The translations under genes and the position numbers were made by a program. The notes under the pieces are model-generated. The model saw nothing but the letters and a program-made list of their open reading frames with translations, made no database searches and was not told the DNA's origin. 64,000 nucleotides of DNA, taken from Mobula hypostoma (Eukaryota). Positions within the stretch are counted from its first letter, which is position 1. Each line of letters opens with the position of its first letter. The DNA lies in the NCBI RefSeq assembly GCF_963921235.1, contig NC_086097.1, positions 205,470,001 through 205,534,000 of the forward strand, read 5' to 3'. Positions 1 to 12,180 of this stretch are shown piece after piece.

Positions 1-134
1 TTACTACCTTGGAGGTCCTTCTCTTTAGTCTCTTTCCTAATGTTATCAAGGCAATGAGAATTCCACGGAGGGGAGGCTAGTTTCCATGATGTGCTGAATT
101 ATTTCCACAACTCTCTGCAGCTTCTTGTGATTCT

Positions 135-720
135 GGGCAGGGCAGATGCCATGATGCAGGGCAGGAATGGATTCTCAATATTCCTGGATTTCAGTGCTTT
201 AAAAGGGATAGGGGAGGGGGGGAAGGGGAGGAGGCGTGGTATTACTGGTCAGGGATACTATTACAGCTACAGAAAGGGTGGGTAATGTAGCAGGATCCTC
301 TTTTGAGTCAGTATGGGTAGAAGTCAGGAACAGGAAAGGAGCAGTTACTCTATTGGGAGTATTCTATAGGCCCCCTGGTAGCAGCAGAGATACCGAGGAG
401 CAGATTGGGAGGCAGATTTTGGAAAGGTGCAAAAATAACAGGGTTGTTATCATGGGTGACTTTAACCCTAATATTGATGGGCACCTGATTAGTTCTAAGG
501 GTTTGGACGGGACAGAGTTTGTTAAGTGCGTCCAGGATGGATTCCTGTCACAGTATGTTGATAGGCCGACTGGGGGAATGAAATACTAGATTTAGTATTA
601 GGTAACGAACCAGGTCCGGACACAGATCTCTCAGTGGATGAGCATCTGTGGACAGTGACCACCACTCCCTGGCCTTCAGCACTATTACGGAAAAGGATAG
701 AATCAGAGAGGACAGGAAAA
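135..720 (+). mobile_element. CR1-clade LINE fragment, ORF2 apurinic-like endonuclease region
   Basis: ORF 236..589 has ESVWVEVRN, GVFYRPP and IMGDFN motifs; the copy breaks off at ~720. Confidence 0.9.
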
Positions 721-2015
721 GTTTTAAAAATTATTATGTACTTCATTGTACTGCTGCATCAAAACAACAAATTTCACAGTGATATTAAATCTAATTCTGC
801 ATCTGAGATCACCAGAATATATATCAGCATGAGAAAATAATATTACTACCTGCTGACTGGTCCTGAATCAATGTTCTAATCACATTCACACTGTCATTTT
901 AATTTGCAACCATTCTGCATCTGCTGTATGATTCCATGCAAATTGTGATTCCAACCAACAGGCAATGGTGTTCCTGCATATTGGAGTGAATGTCATTGCT
1001 GTTAATCTTCAATGCCTTAATATCACATCTTGCCGTTAACAGACCTCGCACTGGAAGCAGAACAGATCTACAGACAAATGAGAAATTGTTCAACCAATTT
1101 CACCTGCATTCCAAATCTGAGGTAATTCCCACTGCAGGCCCCTGGACCATGCAATCTACGTTGGTAGCCATCTTGCAACAAAGGCATATTGGGGCTGAAA
1201 TGTGCCAAAGCCACTGGTGCCCAATTATAGTTTCTGTGAGAGTATCGGATTTTAAGACCTCAAAAAATGCAGTAAGCTCATGGTCTATTGTGCAGCACTG
1301 ATTCCTGCTGTCCGGTAAATTTCAAAGAATTTGAACCCCAATGGCATCTCAAGCACTGATGGTATCACTAGAATGGTCTCTGTCAAATCTTCTAAATTCA
1401 TTGTCAAGATAAGCAAACCAATATAAGTGTCATATCCCAGATCAATGTTCCTCAATTCAGGGATCTAATCAAGCTCATTGTTGTCAATTTCCTCCCTGCA
1501 ATTCACGCTGTCAGATATTGACCCCCCCCCCCCAACTTTTATCAACGCCCAATAGAAAACACTCTATCATAGAATATAGAACATAGAATAGTACAGCACA
1601 GTACTGGCCCTTTGGCCCACAATGTTGTGCCAACCTTCAAACCCTGCCTCCCATAAAACCCCCCACCTTAAATTCCTCCATATACCTGTCTAGTAGTCTC
1701 TTAAATTTCACTAGTGTATCTGCCTCCACCACTGACTCAGGCAGTGCATTCCACGCACCAACCACTCTCTGAGTAAAAAACCTTCCTCAAATACCCCCTT
1801 AAACTTTCCACCCCTTATCTTAAAGCCATGTCCTCTTGTGTTGAGCAGTGGTGCCCTGGGGAAGAGGCACCGGCTAGCCACTCTATCTATTCCTCTTAAT
1901 ATCTTATACACCTCTATCATGTCTCCTCTCATCCTCAGAATTAAGTTTAATATCACTGTGAAATTTGTTGTTTTGATGCAGCAGTACAATGCAGTACATA
2001 ATAATTTTTAAAACT
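720..2015. repeat. 80-bp inverted repeat pair (720-799 and 1936-2015) derived from a Rex-type LINE 3' end
   Basis: Manual alignment of 720-799 with the reverse complement of 1936-2015 gives 77/80 identity. Confidence 0.9.
1567..1935 (-). mobile_element. CR1 LINE 3' end
   Basis: MRGDMIEVYKILRGIDRV...TRGHGFK C-terminal ORF2 peptide; (TTCTATGT)-like tail at ~1567-1590. Confidence 0.9.
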
Positions 2016-2820
2016 ATAAATTGCTATACTTTAATAAATATTAAATTAATTAAATAGTACAAAAAATAGTAAGGTAGTTGTCATTGTCCATACAGAAAAC
2101 TGCTGGTGGAGGGGAAAAAGCTGTTTCTCAAATAGTGAGCATTTGCTTGGTGCTATACCAATTCTCCTCAAACTCTTAATGAAGTATAGCCGCTCTCATG
2201 CACCAATATAATGGGCCCAGAATAGATCTTCAGAGATGTTGACACCCAGGAACTTGAAAATGTTCACTTCTGATCCCTCGATGAGGACTGGTGTTTGTTC
2301 CTTCAAGCTCCTCCTCCTGAAGTCCGCACTCAATTCCTTGGTCTTATTGACATTGATTGCAAGGTTATTGTTGTGACGCCACTCAACCAGCTGATCTATC
2401 TCACTTCTGTACTCCTCCTCATCACCATCTGAAACTCTGCCAACAATTGTTGTGTCATCGGCATATTTATTGATGTGTCCCAAGCCTCACGATCGTGGGT
2501 ATAGAGAGAGAGGAGAAGAGGGCTAAGCACACATCCTTGAGGTGCACCAGTGTTGATTGTCAGTGAAGTGGAGATGTTATTTCTCATCCACATAGACTGT
2601 GGTCTCCCGATGAAGAAGTCAAGCATCCAGTTGCAGGGGTAGGTACAGAGGCTAGGTTCTGAAGCTTGTAGATTAGAACTGAGGGCATGATTGTGTTAAA
2701 CACTGAATTGTAATCAATAAACCACAGCCTTAGGTAGGTATTACCATTATCCAGGTGATCCAAGCCCAACTGGAGAGCCGATGAGATGGCATCTGCTGTA
2801 GACCTACTGTGGCAATAGGT
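1936..2820 (-). mobile_element. Rex1/Babar-like LINE, degraded RT and 3' end
   Basis: GAPQGCVLSPLL, KYADDTTIVG and NVNKTKEL motifs in frameshifted minus-strand ORFs. Confidence 0.85.
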
Positions 2821-3131
2821 TCTCTAGCAATCTATGTTAGTTCCTGAATCTGCACAATGTAATTTCAAAGTTAGAAAACAACAGCAGGCTAGGAAAAAAT
2901 GATAAACAATTTTAAAAAAAGATGTAGCAATACTTCAGCAGGACTTTAACTAAAATACTATGACATTTAAGCATAAAAAATGAGATGTGACATAATTATC
3001 CAGGAAGAACGAGAAGAAGCAATTTAAATTTAAATGGGATGCAGTAACATGAATCCTGATGATAAATGCACACAAACTTCATGGCAGAACAAGATGTGAA
3101 AAATGTTTTCAAAAAACATTACTGTGCTAAT

Positions 3132-4088
3132 CGTCATGGTCCGGTCCGTAAAGTCTGCATTCCAGTTCACTGTCCGGTCCATCGACCCTTGCTCCAGGTT
3201 TTCCTGTCTAACCTGCTTCTGTTCCTGTTGAGCACTAATTGAGGCAGCTGATTCTCGTTGAGGCTGGCTGCATAAATACCTCCAGAACCAGGGCATGGCT
3301 GCTGGATTGTTCTTGTTCTTACTCCTTGTATCCCTTCCCCTGCCTTCTGTTTTCTCGCCTGAAGCCCTGTTTTGTCTTGCTGGTAACTCTTGCCTCACCT
3401 CGCCTGTAGTCTTGTCTTGGAGCCACCCTGTACCTAGCTCCCTTCCTGTCCCTTGCCGCCGCCGGATAAGTCAGGCCATCTTGCCGTTACCCTGCAGTTG
3501 GTTCTGTCCCTTCCTGTCCCTTGCCTCCATCAGGTAAGCCAGGCCGTATTGCCATTACCCTGCGGTTGGTTCTGTCCCTTCCTGTCCCTTGCCTCCGTCG
3601 GGTGGAGATCCATGCCCTCCCCAGGAGGAGCTTCAAGACCCCAAGCTTCAAGCCTCTAGCCAAGCCTCGTCTCTAGTCTCCGGCCTTCAGCCTTGCCTCT
3701 AGTCTCTGGCCTCGCATCAAGCCTCACCTCTAGTCTCCGGCCTCGCATCAAGCCTCACCTCTAGTCTCCAGCCTCGCATCAAGCCTCGCCTTTAGCCTCC
3801 AGCCTCGCATCAAGCCTGAAGACTCCAGCCTCATCCTGCCTGCCAGCCAAGTCACGTCCTTGCCCGGTTCTGAGGTCTGAGCCAGAGGCAAGACCCAGGT
3901 TCTGGGTCCTTGTCCAGTCTCTGGTCGGAGTCCAGGCCCGGGCTCCTAGCTCTCTTGTCCAGTCCTGTTCTGGGCTCCTGGTTCTCATGTCCATGTCCTA
4001 GCCCTCACCCTGTATCCTAGTCCTGTCCCTAGTACTTCAGTGTCTGTGTCTTGCACTTGGATCCATTCCCAGCCACCATCTTATGACA
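3132..4088. mobile_element. Solo LTR (957 bp) with internal tandem repeats
   Basis: Ends (C)GTCAT...ATGACA; 5-bp TSD CTAAT at 3127-3131 and 4089-4093; ~31-bp tandem units (caagcctcacctctagtctccggcctcgcat) at ~3660-3830. Confidence 0.75.
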
Positions 4089-4669
4089 CTAATAGAAGAA
4101 TAGAGGAACAAAACACAGACATTAGGCCAAACTATAATAGCAGGAGGTTTACTGCATATTAGAATATTAGTTTTAGTTCTGGGCATATATTTAAGGCCAA
4201 TGTCAAAGTTACAGGATTGATCACCTTCATTTATATAGATAGGCAGAGCAGTGGTTCTCAGAGAAGAGAAGGTTAATAGAAGATTTAGTAATAGAGTTCA
4301 AAATAATAATTGGTTTTAACAGAACAGATTTAGAGAAATGGTTTTCTATAGCAGAAGGGTCAATAACCAGAGGCAATTGTTGAAAGAATGACATGAGAAA
4401 ATCTTTTATTATGCAGGGAATAGATTTCTGGAATGTACTACCTGAAACAGTGATTCTACTCAATTCAATGGGAGGTATAAAATGGGAAATTAGGTAAATA
4501 GTTCAAGGAAAAATATTTGCAGAGCTCTGGGGAAAAGGAGGGCATGGGAACAGTTTCTTTGCTCAAATATTGTGTTGGCACAGCCAAGAAAGACTAGAGA
4601 CCTTTATTTGCACTGCAATATTCTAGCTTTAAAAATGAACTGCTCCACAAAATACACTTTAGATTGTTC

Positions 4670-5128
4670 TAAAATTGACAGCATCCTGACTGGCTGCATA
4701 ACTGCCTGGTATGGAAACTGTACCTCCCTTAATCACAGGCCTGCAGAGAGTTGTGCGGACAGCCCAGCACATCTGTAGTTGTGAACTTCCCACTATTCAG
4801 GACATTTACAAACACAGGTGTGAGAAAAGTGCCTGGAGGATCAATGGGGACCTGAGTTACCCAAACCACAATCTATTCCAGCTGCTACCTTCCGGAAAAT
4901 GGTACTGCAGAATAAAAGCCAGGACCAACAGGCTCCAAGGGCGGTTTCTTCCACCTGGCCATCAGTCTGATGAACTCACACTGATTTGAGTGTACTCTAT
5001 ATTACATTGACTGTTCTATTTATTATAAATTACTATGTTTGCACATTGCGCATTTAGATGGAGACGTAACAAAGATTTTTACTCCTCATGTATGTGAAGG
5101 ATGTAAGAAATAAAATCAATTCAATTCA
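4670..5128 (+). mobile_element. Rex1/Babar-like LINE 3' end
   Basis: IDSILTGCITAWYG and LFQLLPSGK..RTNRL peptides; AATAAA followed by (AATTC)n tail. Confidence 0.85.
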
Positions 5129-5229
5129 TTTCTTCTACATACTAAGACCATTCCATGAGGAAAGGTTCGCCAGTTGTTAAGACTGAAGTTAGAACTGGTA
5201 AAATGTTTAGTTAAATAATCCACCTGTAA

Positions 5230-6900
5230 TAAGTACAAGAAAGTCTGCAGAAGCTGGAAATCCAAAGCAACACATACAAAATGCTGGAAGAATTTCAGGA
5301 TAAGCAGCATCTATGGAAATGAATGAACAGTCAAAGTTGTGGGCTGAGACCCTTCTTTCTTTCTTTTTCAATCTTTTTATTAATTTTCAAATTCATAAAC
5401 ATAACAACAATATTAGTACAAAGAGATTGGGATTGCATTATTGATAACTAACATATGCGAATATAAACTACAGATAACACAAGTATACCAAGCCTCCCAA
5501 ACTCTTAATGTAACTAAACATGATAAAAAGAAAAATGAAAAAATGTCAAGGAAAAAAAGCCAAATTAGAAAAAAAAAACTAAACTGAACTAAACAAAACT
5601 AAACTAAACAAAGCTGGGCTATTATATTACATCAGATACAATCATTAATGTCATTAATTCCGCTCCTCTATCCATATATTTAAGGTTAATAAAAAGGATT
5701 CAGAAAAGGTCAAGTTACATCATATGAAGGTGTTGAAATAAATGGCCTCTACGTCTCTTCAAATTTGACCGAAGGATCAAAAGTGACTTTTCTGATTTTT
5801 TCTAAATTTAAACAAGATATAACTTGGGAAAACCATTGAAACGCAATAGGAGGATTAATCTCTTTCCAAATCAATAAAACGGATCTTCTAGCCATTAATG
5901 TAGCAAATGCAATCATCCGACAGGCTGATGAGGATAAATAACTATATTCCATCATTGGTAAACCAAAATTGCAGTAATAGGATGAGGTTTCAAATCAATA
6001 CATAAATCTGTTGAAATATTATCAAAAATGTCTTTCCAATATTTTCCCAAACGTGGGCAAGGCCAGAAAATATGAGTCAAAGAAGCTTCTGACATATGAG
6101 ACCCTTCTTCAGGACTGAAAAGGAAGGGAGAAGACACCAGAATAAAAAGGTGGGGGAGGGGAAAGAGGATAGGTAGAAGATGATAGATGAAACTAGGCTG
6201 GCTGGAGAGATAAAGGGCTGGAAAAGAAGGAATCTGATAGGAGAAGAGAGTAGACCATAGGAGAAAGGGAAGTTGGAGAGGACGTAGGGGGAAGTGATAG
6301 GCAGGTGAGAAGAGGTAAGAGACCATAGTGGGGAATAGAAGAAGAGGAAAGGAGTGGGAAAATATTTTTTTTACCAGAAGGAGAAATCGATTTTCATGCC
6401 ATCAGGTTGGAGGCTACCCAGATGGAATATAAGGTGTTGCTCCTCCACCCTGAGGGTCATCTTGGCACAAGAGGAGGCCATGAACCAATATGTCAGATCG
6501 GGAATGGAGATTAGAATTAAAATGTTTGGCCATTGGGAAATTCTACTTTTGGTGGATGAAGTGGAGGTACTCGACTAAGCAGCCCCCCAATTTACGATAG
6601 GGCTCGCCAAGGTCGAGGGCAGTCGCAGCAGATTCACAGGTGAAGTGTTGCCTCACCTGGAAGGTCTGTTTGGATCCCTGAATGGAGGTGAGGGAGGAGG
6701 TGAATGAGCAGGTGTAGCATTTTGGCTGCTTGCAGGGATAAGTGCTGGTCGGGAGAATAGTGGAGAGGGACAAATGGACAAGGGAATCATGGAGGGAGAG
6801 ATCCCTGTGGAAAGCGGACAGAGTGGGGGAGGTAAAAATATGTTTAGGGATATGATCCCTTTGGAGATGCCAGAAGTTGCGACGGATGATGGTGGAACTT
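5230..6900 (-). mobile_element. Penelope-like element 3' fragment (GIY-YIG region plus pLTR), split by an L1 insertion
   Basis: TYPCKQPKCYTC...FQVRQHFTCES peptide; pLTR sequence matches the copies at 17502 and 40433. Confidence 0.85.
5358..6096 (-). mobile_element. L1-clade LINE 5'-truncated copy (C-terminal ORF2, 3' UTR, A-rich tail)
   Basis: ASLTHIFWPCPRL..YW peptide; 13-bp TSD TGAGACCCTTCTT at 5345-5357 and 6097-6109. Confidence 0.85.
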
Positions 6901-7510
6901 GTGGAGAATGATATGATGGATCTACCTTTAATTCTTCATCATTCCATCTATGTTTTGTTTTACTTCCGTCTTCTCTTTCTGCACAATTCACAAGAGCAAT
7001 AACTTTCCTCATGTCATTTGCTTATGAGACTTTCCTTAGTTTCTATAATGCCCTTTTGTGTCTTCTTTGTGCAAATTACTGAACTTTTGTTCCATTTCTC
7101 TGCTGTCTTGATACTTCACGTTCCCCCTCTCTAAAATACATACATTTTTTACAATAGACAGTTATGGAAACAGGCAGTCTCATAACAAAGGAGAATAACT
7201 CCATACAGCAAATCTGTAACTCAAATTTTGATATTAAATTCCTAAAATGTAAATCCAGAGATATAATTGCAGAGCTGGTGGGTGGTTCTACTCAGAACAA
7301 AATATTGTATAATGGGCCTAGAGAATATAGCACAAATATCTTGGGAAACACACATTGCCTCACAATATTCCAAAATTATACCTACAGTAATACCTGCAGA
7401 CTTCAGCATAATAACAATATTTCTGAGAAATATTATCAATATGGCTTGAAGCACCAAAACAGTGTGAGGCAAAAAAGCACCGTGTCATCTAGGCAGGCAG
7501 TGCTTTTGTG

Positions 7511-7745
7511 ACACAAACAAACTGTTGAAGATACTCAGCAGTCAGGCAGCATGTGTAGAGAAAAACGTTTGATCGACATTCTAGATTGAGACTTAGTTTC
7601 ATGACTCAAATCAGGTCTTAATGCAGGGTCTCGACTCAAAACGTTGACCATCACAACGCCACAGATGTTGCCTGACACACTGAGTTCTTCCAGTAGTTTG
7701 TTTTTGTTTGCTCATACTGAAGCATCCGTAGTCTCTTGTGTTTCT
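7511..7745. mobile_element. Fold-back mini-element made of two inverted Penelope pLTR ends
   Basis: Arms are roughly reverse-complementary; 12-bp TSD AGTGCTTTTGTG/AGTACTTCTGTG (10/12) at 7499-7510 and 7746-7757. Confidence 0.65.
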
Positions 7746-8462
7746 AGTACTTCTGTGGTCCTCAAATCCATTGAAAATTACTGAAATGAAAATCCTTTGT
7801 TTCTAATGAAAACAACTTAACAGATAATTGGATATTAATTTATTTATAATCATAAAGATATGTATCATTAGTTTATTAATATGTTTTCATTTTCTGAACT
7901 GAATTTCATGCAAGGTTTCAGAGCACATTATCAAGACTTGAGTCAATGAACAAAAGCCAAAGTGGTATGCAACTTCATAAACTGTTATGTTGTTTATTTG
8001 TTTGTGTATGGCATAAAAGAAGTAGATACGAGTTAAAGAAAAAGGAAGCAGAAGAACACAATAAGCAGATGGTAATATAGTCTACAATTTACCACATTGC
8101 CTACAGGCCAATTTTGTAATTAATTTTCTAGCTTGCTCTGGATCCCTGACTGTTCTGTGTTCAATTGATGTTTGGAAGTTAATGGCTAAAGCTAACAAGA
8201 ACCACTTCAAAGGCTATTTTACAAAATCTTGTCATTGTGACATATAATCCCTCAAACCATTCATCATAGCCTCTGAACTCTTTTTATCTATTCCCAGATG
8301 ATATCTAGCTGGGAGCCAGCAGTTGTAGACTACTGTGTTCCCATTTATCTCCCCCCAGTAGCTGTCTCCTACATTCATCCTTCCAGACCTCCTCCACCTC
8401 ATTCCATCTGCCTGTCATTTTTCTCTCTTTGTTTTCCTCCACCTATCATCCAATTTTATGAT

Positions 8463-9085
8463 GATTATGAGGACACGCAGTCCCCTTTTATTGTCATTTA
8501 TTAATGCATGCATTAAGAAATGATAAAAATGTTTTTCCAGAATGATATCACAAAAACACATGACAAACTGACTTAAAAACTAACAAAAACCACATAATTA
8601 TAACATATAGTTACAACAGTGCAAAGCAATACCGTAATTTGATAAGAACAGACCATGGCACAGTAAAAGACTCAGAGTCTCTCAAAGTCCCAACATCTCA
8701 CGCAGACAATAAACTCCTAGCGCCGCCAACTTGCCGATGCAGCATCCCAGAAGCACTCCAAGTCTGTCCGAAAAACTCCAAGCCTCCGACCACCTCCCAA
8801 CACCAAGCACCGAGCACCATCTCTGCCAAGCGTTTCGACCCCGGCCCCGGCAACAGGCAATACGCAAAGCCGAGGATTTGGGGCCTATGTCTCCGCAGAT
8901 TCTCGATTGCACAGTAGCAGCGGCAGTGAAGCAGGCATTTCAGAAGTTGCTCCAGATGTTCCTCTGCACTTTCACGGCTGTCCCCATCAAATCTGGATTG
9001 ATGCACGGCCTCCTAGTTACACATATCGATATTCATTAGGAACGGCCGCGCGCGCTGTGTCACGCCGCCATCTTCTCCTCCCTCC
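8463..9085 (-). mobile_element. ~620-bp non-autonomous retroposon, copy 1
   Basis: Colinear with 40552-41171; minus strand begins GG(A/C)GGGAGGAGAAGATGGCGGCG and ends AATAAAAG-stem-loop-ATAATC. Confidence 0.75.
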
Positions 9086-11169
9086 CACCTTTCACAGCCT
9101 CCCACATCCAAAGCCCTCTGCTCCCATAAAGTGTATAATATGCCTGTCATCTTTCACACCTCTTCAGTCCACCAATAACTTGGGCTCCTGTCTCACCATT
9201 CCCCCTCTCTTCTTTATACTGGACATCTCCCTTCTCACTCTCAATCCTGAAGCAGAATTTCAACCCAAAACATTAATGATTTCTCTCCTCACACAGATGT
9301 TGCTCGACACACTGATTTCCTCCAGCAGCTTGATTATTGCTGCAGTTTCCAGTGTTTGCAATTGTTTGATGGGTTGACACTTGATGTTGTTGTTTGTAGG
9401 CCATATGCAATAGATTAATGTGCTTCTTAGAGAGTTGATGGGTTTCTCGGTCAGTGTGCTGTATCATAATTACTCCTTAATTCACGTACAATGCTATATC
9501 TAATCAAAATAGTTGAAAAGCATGAAGTATATAAAACAAGCAGACACTTCAATCAGATTGTGGTGACTTCCAACTTAGTTATTTGCAAATCTATTTATGT
9601 TGGATGAAAAATGATCAGTTATATTAAAATTAATTAGGTATCCAATACAAAACTTAATGCAATTTTGCAGATGTCATATTTTCTAATTTCATGAAGCCTT
9701 TATATATCATTTAAATGCATATATATATAAACTGCATGGAGACCAGTTTGCTGAGGCATAGTTTTCAACTTAAAAAACTATATTTTATTAATTTTTTTTT
9801 CAATTTGAAGAGATAAAATTGGATTTAATCATAGAAGTTGTTGTTTATCGTGTTTATAACACCTACTATTGAGAGAATAAGACTGGAGATTTATAAGCAT
9901 TTATTAATTAATAGTTTTCAACAATCCAAGCTCTGTGCAATCAGAATTCCTTTTCTGTGTTACTGACAAACTTGATGAGAATGCCTTTTCCATGCTGCAC
10001 ATCAATTCTTTGGACATTTCAGTTTTTGTTATAATTCTTTTTTTTGTTATAATTATTAATTTGATTAAGCCTTTGCTGATTTTGAGGCAAAATATCTATA
10101 AACACAGAGACAGTGTCAATGTTGCTATATATTTCCATATGCAAAAATGATGACATGATTGAGCCAGATATTTTTTTAAATTTTACTTAGCAGTGATTAC
10201 ATCAAAGATAAATCATGCTTATAAATTCAGCTCTGGTGTCTTGAGTCATTTAAATATATTGCATGCTTTATTGGATTTCCAACTCTCATTGTTTAATAGT
10301 TCAACGCGTTTCCTAAGTAAGTCTATCTATTAATCTTCTGAGATGATTTGCCAAGGTACAGGTATAGGCAGCAGCAACGATTGTACAAGTGTAAGCCTAA
10401 AAATACCAAATGCACCTGTCAATGGCATCTGGTGATGTTAAATGTGGAAAAAGCAATGATTTAGATTTTATTTTATATGATAACCACCAACCAATAAGTG
10501 TATTTTCATTTCAAAAACTGCAGCAATTAAAAGGCAACTGAGATCACGTTAAGGGCAACTCAACATGGTTAATATTGCAGATCTTGACAGTGGTGCCCAC
10601 ATCACATAAATGAATAAAGTATTTGAAATTCATCCCTCATCACTAATATTAAACTTGAAATAAAGTAGACACATTGTGTTGTACACTACCTTTGAAATTC
10701 AGTCCCGTGGAAATCAAGAGAGCTGATTTCAGAGACAGAGTGCAACCTGCTGTCATTTTTTACAACAGGGTTAGCTTGACTGACAGGGGAAGAGTTACAA
10801 GATAGAACACTCTCCCAATATGTCACACGGTCTTCCTCTACTGTACTTATTTTGCCAGTTTGTTCATTCTGGTTTTAACTTATATCACTCTGGACATTAC
10901 TTACAGATATTTATGTATAGAATTGCATTCAAATTACAAAACAAAAAAGAAAACCAATTTGTCTATGCTGGTCGTTAGCTTCCACACAAAGAGCATCTCT
11001 AATTTCATGCGTCTGTCCTATTGCTACATCTCTTTATTCCCATTTCTTCATGGGAACTATCTAGATTTAATCCAAACTCTTGAACACATTATGAAAATCA
11101 TATATAATCAAAAATGGTATAATTTCAAATGCTGAGCATTTAAAATAAAATCAGAACTCTGCTCGATTA

Positions 11170-12180
11170 CACTGGACAACAAAGATTTTGCTTCCTGAAT
11201 ACCTTTAGGTGTATCTTATGTATTTTGGGCTACTGATCATGAAAAACACCATGAAATTTCCCTATCACGCACCATTTTTTGAAATCACTTATGTTTATTA
11301 TTTCAATTCATAATTCAAGTCAAATAAAATGTTGCCTACAGTGTAAGCTGGAAGGTTTCCTATCTTGTCCAGGCATGCTTGGGCATGTTTAGACGGCGTG
11401 GCTGCTGCATAGCAGGACAGGTTTTAGTAATAATTATTGGGTTCAGGACTATAAGAATGGAATTTGTTATCACCAGGCACAAAAATTTCTATGAAGGATT
11501 TTGATATTTGAGACAGATGCTTCCCAGAATAACTGATGCCAAGATTAAGGAAAGTATTTTTGTTGGTCCACTAATCAAACGGGTCATCAATGATAGGCAA
11601 TTTGAAGAATTTCTAGTGGGACCGGAGAAAATCACATGGAAGACGTTCAAGAAAGTTGTTGAAATTTTTCTCAGCATCTACAGAGCACCAAACTACATGC
11701 AGCTGGTTGAAAGCATGCTTCAAGCGTATAAAACTATGAAATGCAACATATCACTAAAGATTAATTTTCTGTATTCCCATTTAGACTTCTTCCCTGCAAA
11801 TCTTGGTGTTGTTAGTGATGAGCATAGTGAAAGGTTTCACCAGGACATTGCGGTCATGGAGAAAAGATACCAGGGCAACTGAAATCCATCAATCCATAAT
11901 GCGAATTATTGTCTAACACTTAAGCAAGAAGCCTCAGACACTGAGTACAAATGAACATCATTAACAAAATGTTTTTAACTTAGTTGAACTATTGCAAAGC
12001 ATCAGCACCATTATGTAATTAAACACATTATATTCAACAAAAGTTAATTTGTTGTTTATCCTAATTCCTATGTGATTCAAGTAGTCTGAAATTATATTTG
12101 TGTTCATCTTCAAGCAGTCTATTATAAACAATAAAAAATTCTGAGGAAACAACACTTTTGAAAAAATTTGTTGTCCAGTG
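11170..12180 (+). mobile_element. Chapaev3-like (CMC superfamily) DNA transposon, internally deleted
   Basis: Perfect 14-bp TIRs CACTGGACAACAAA / TTTGTTGTCCAGTG; TTA TSD on both sides; ORF 11508..11882 reads KIKESIFVGP...SLKINFLYSHLDFFPANLGVVSDEHSERFHQDI..MEKRYQG, which I recognise as the Chapaev3 transposase C-terminus. Confidence 0.85.

Noticed and set aside
1300..1500. Minus-strand EEIDNN..NIDLGY resembling the class C GPCR Venus-flytrap motif
   Set aside because: Spacing is wrong, there is an internal stop and no further motifs support it.
3440..3830. Repeat array resembling CRISPR
   Set aside because: These are tandem units without unique spacers, inside a eukaryotic LTR-like element.
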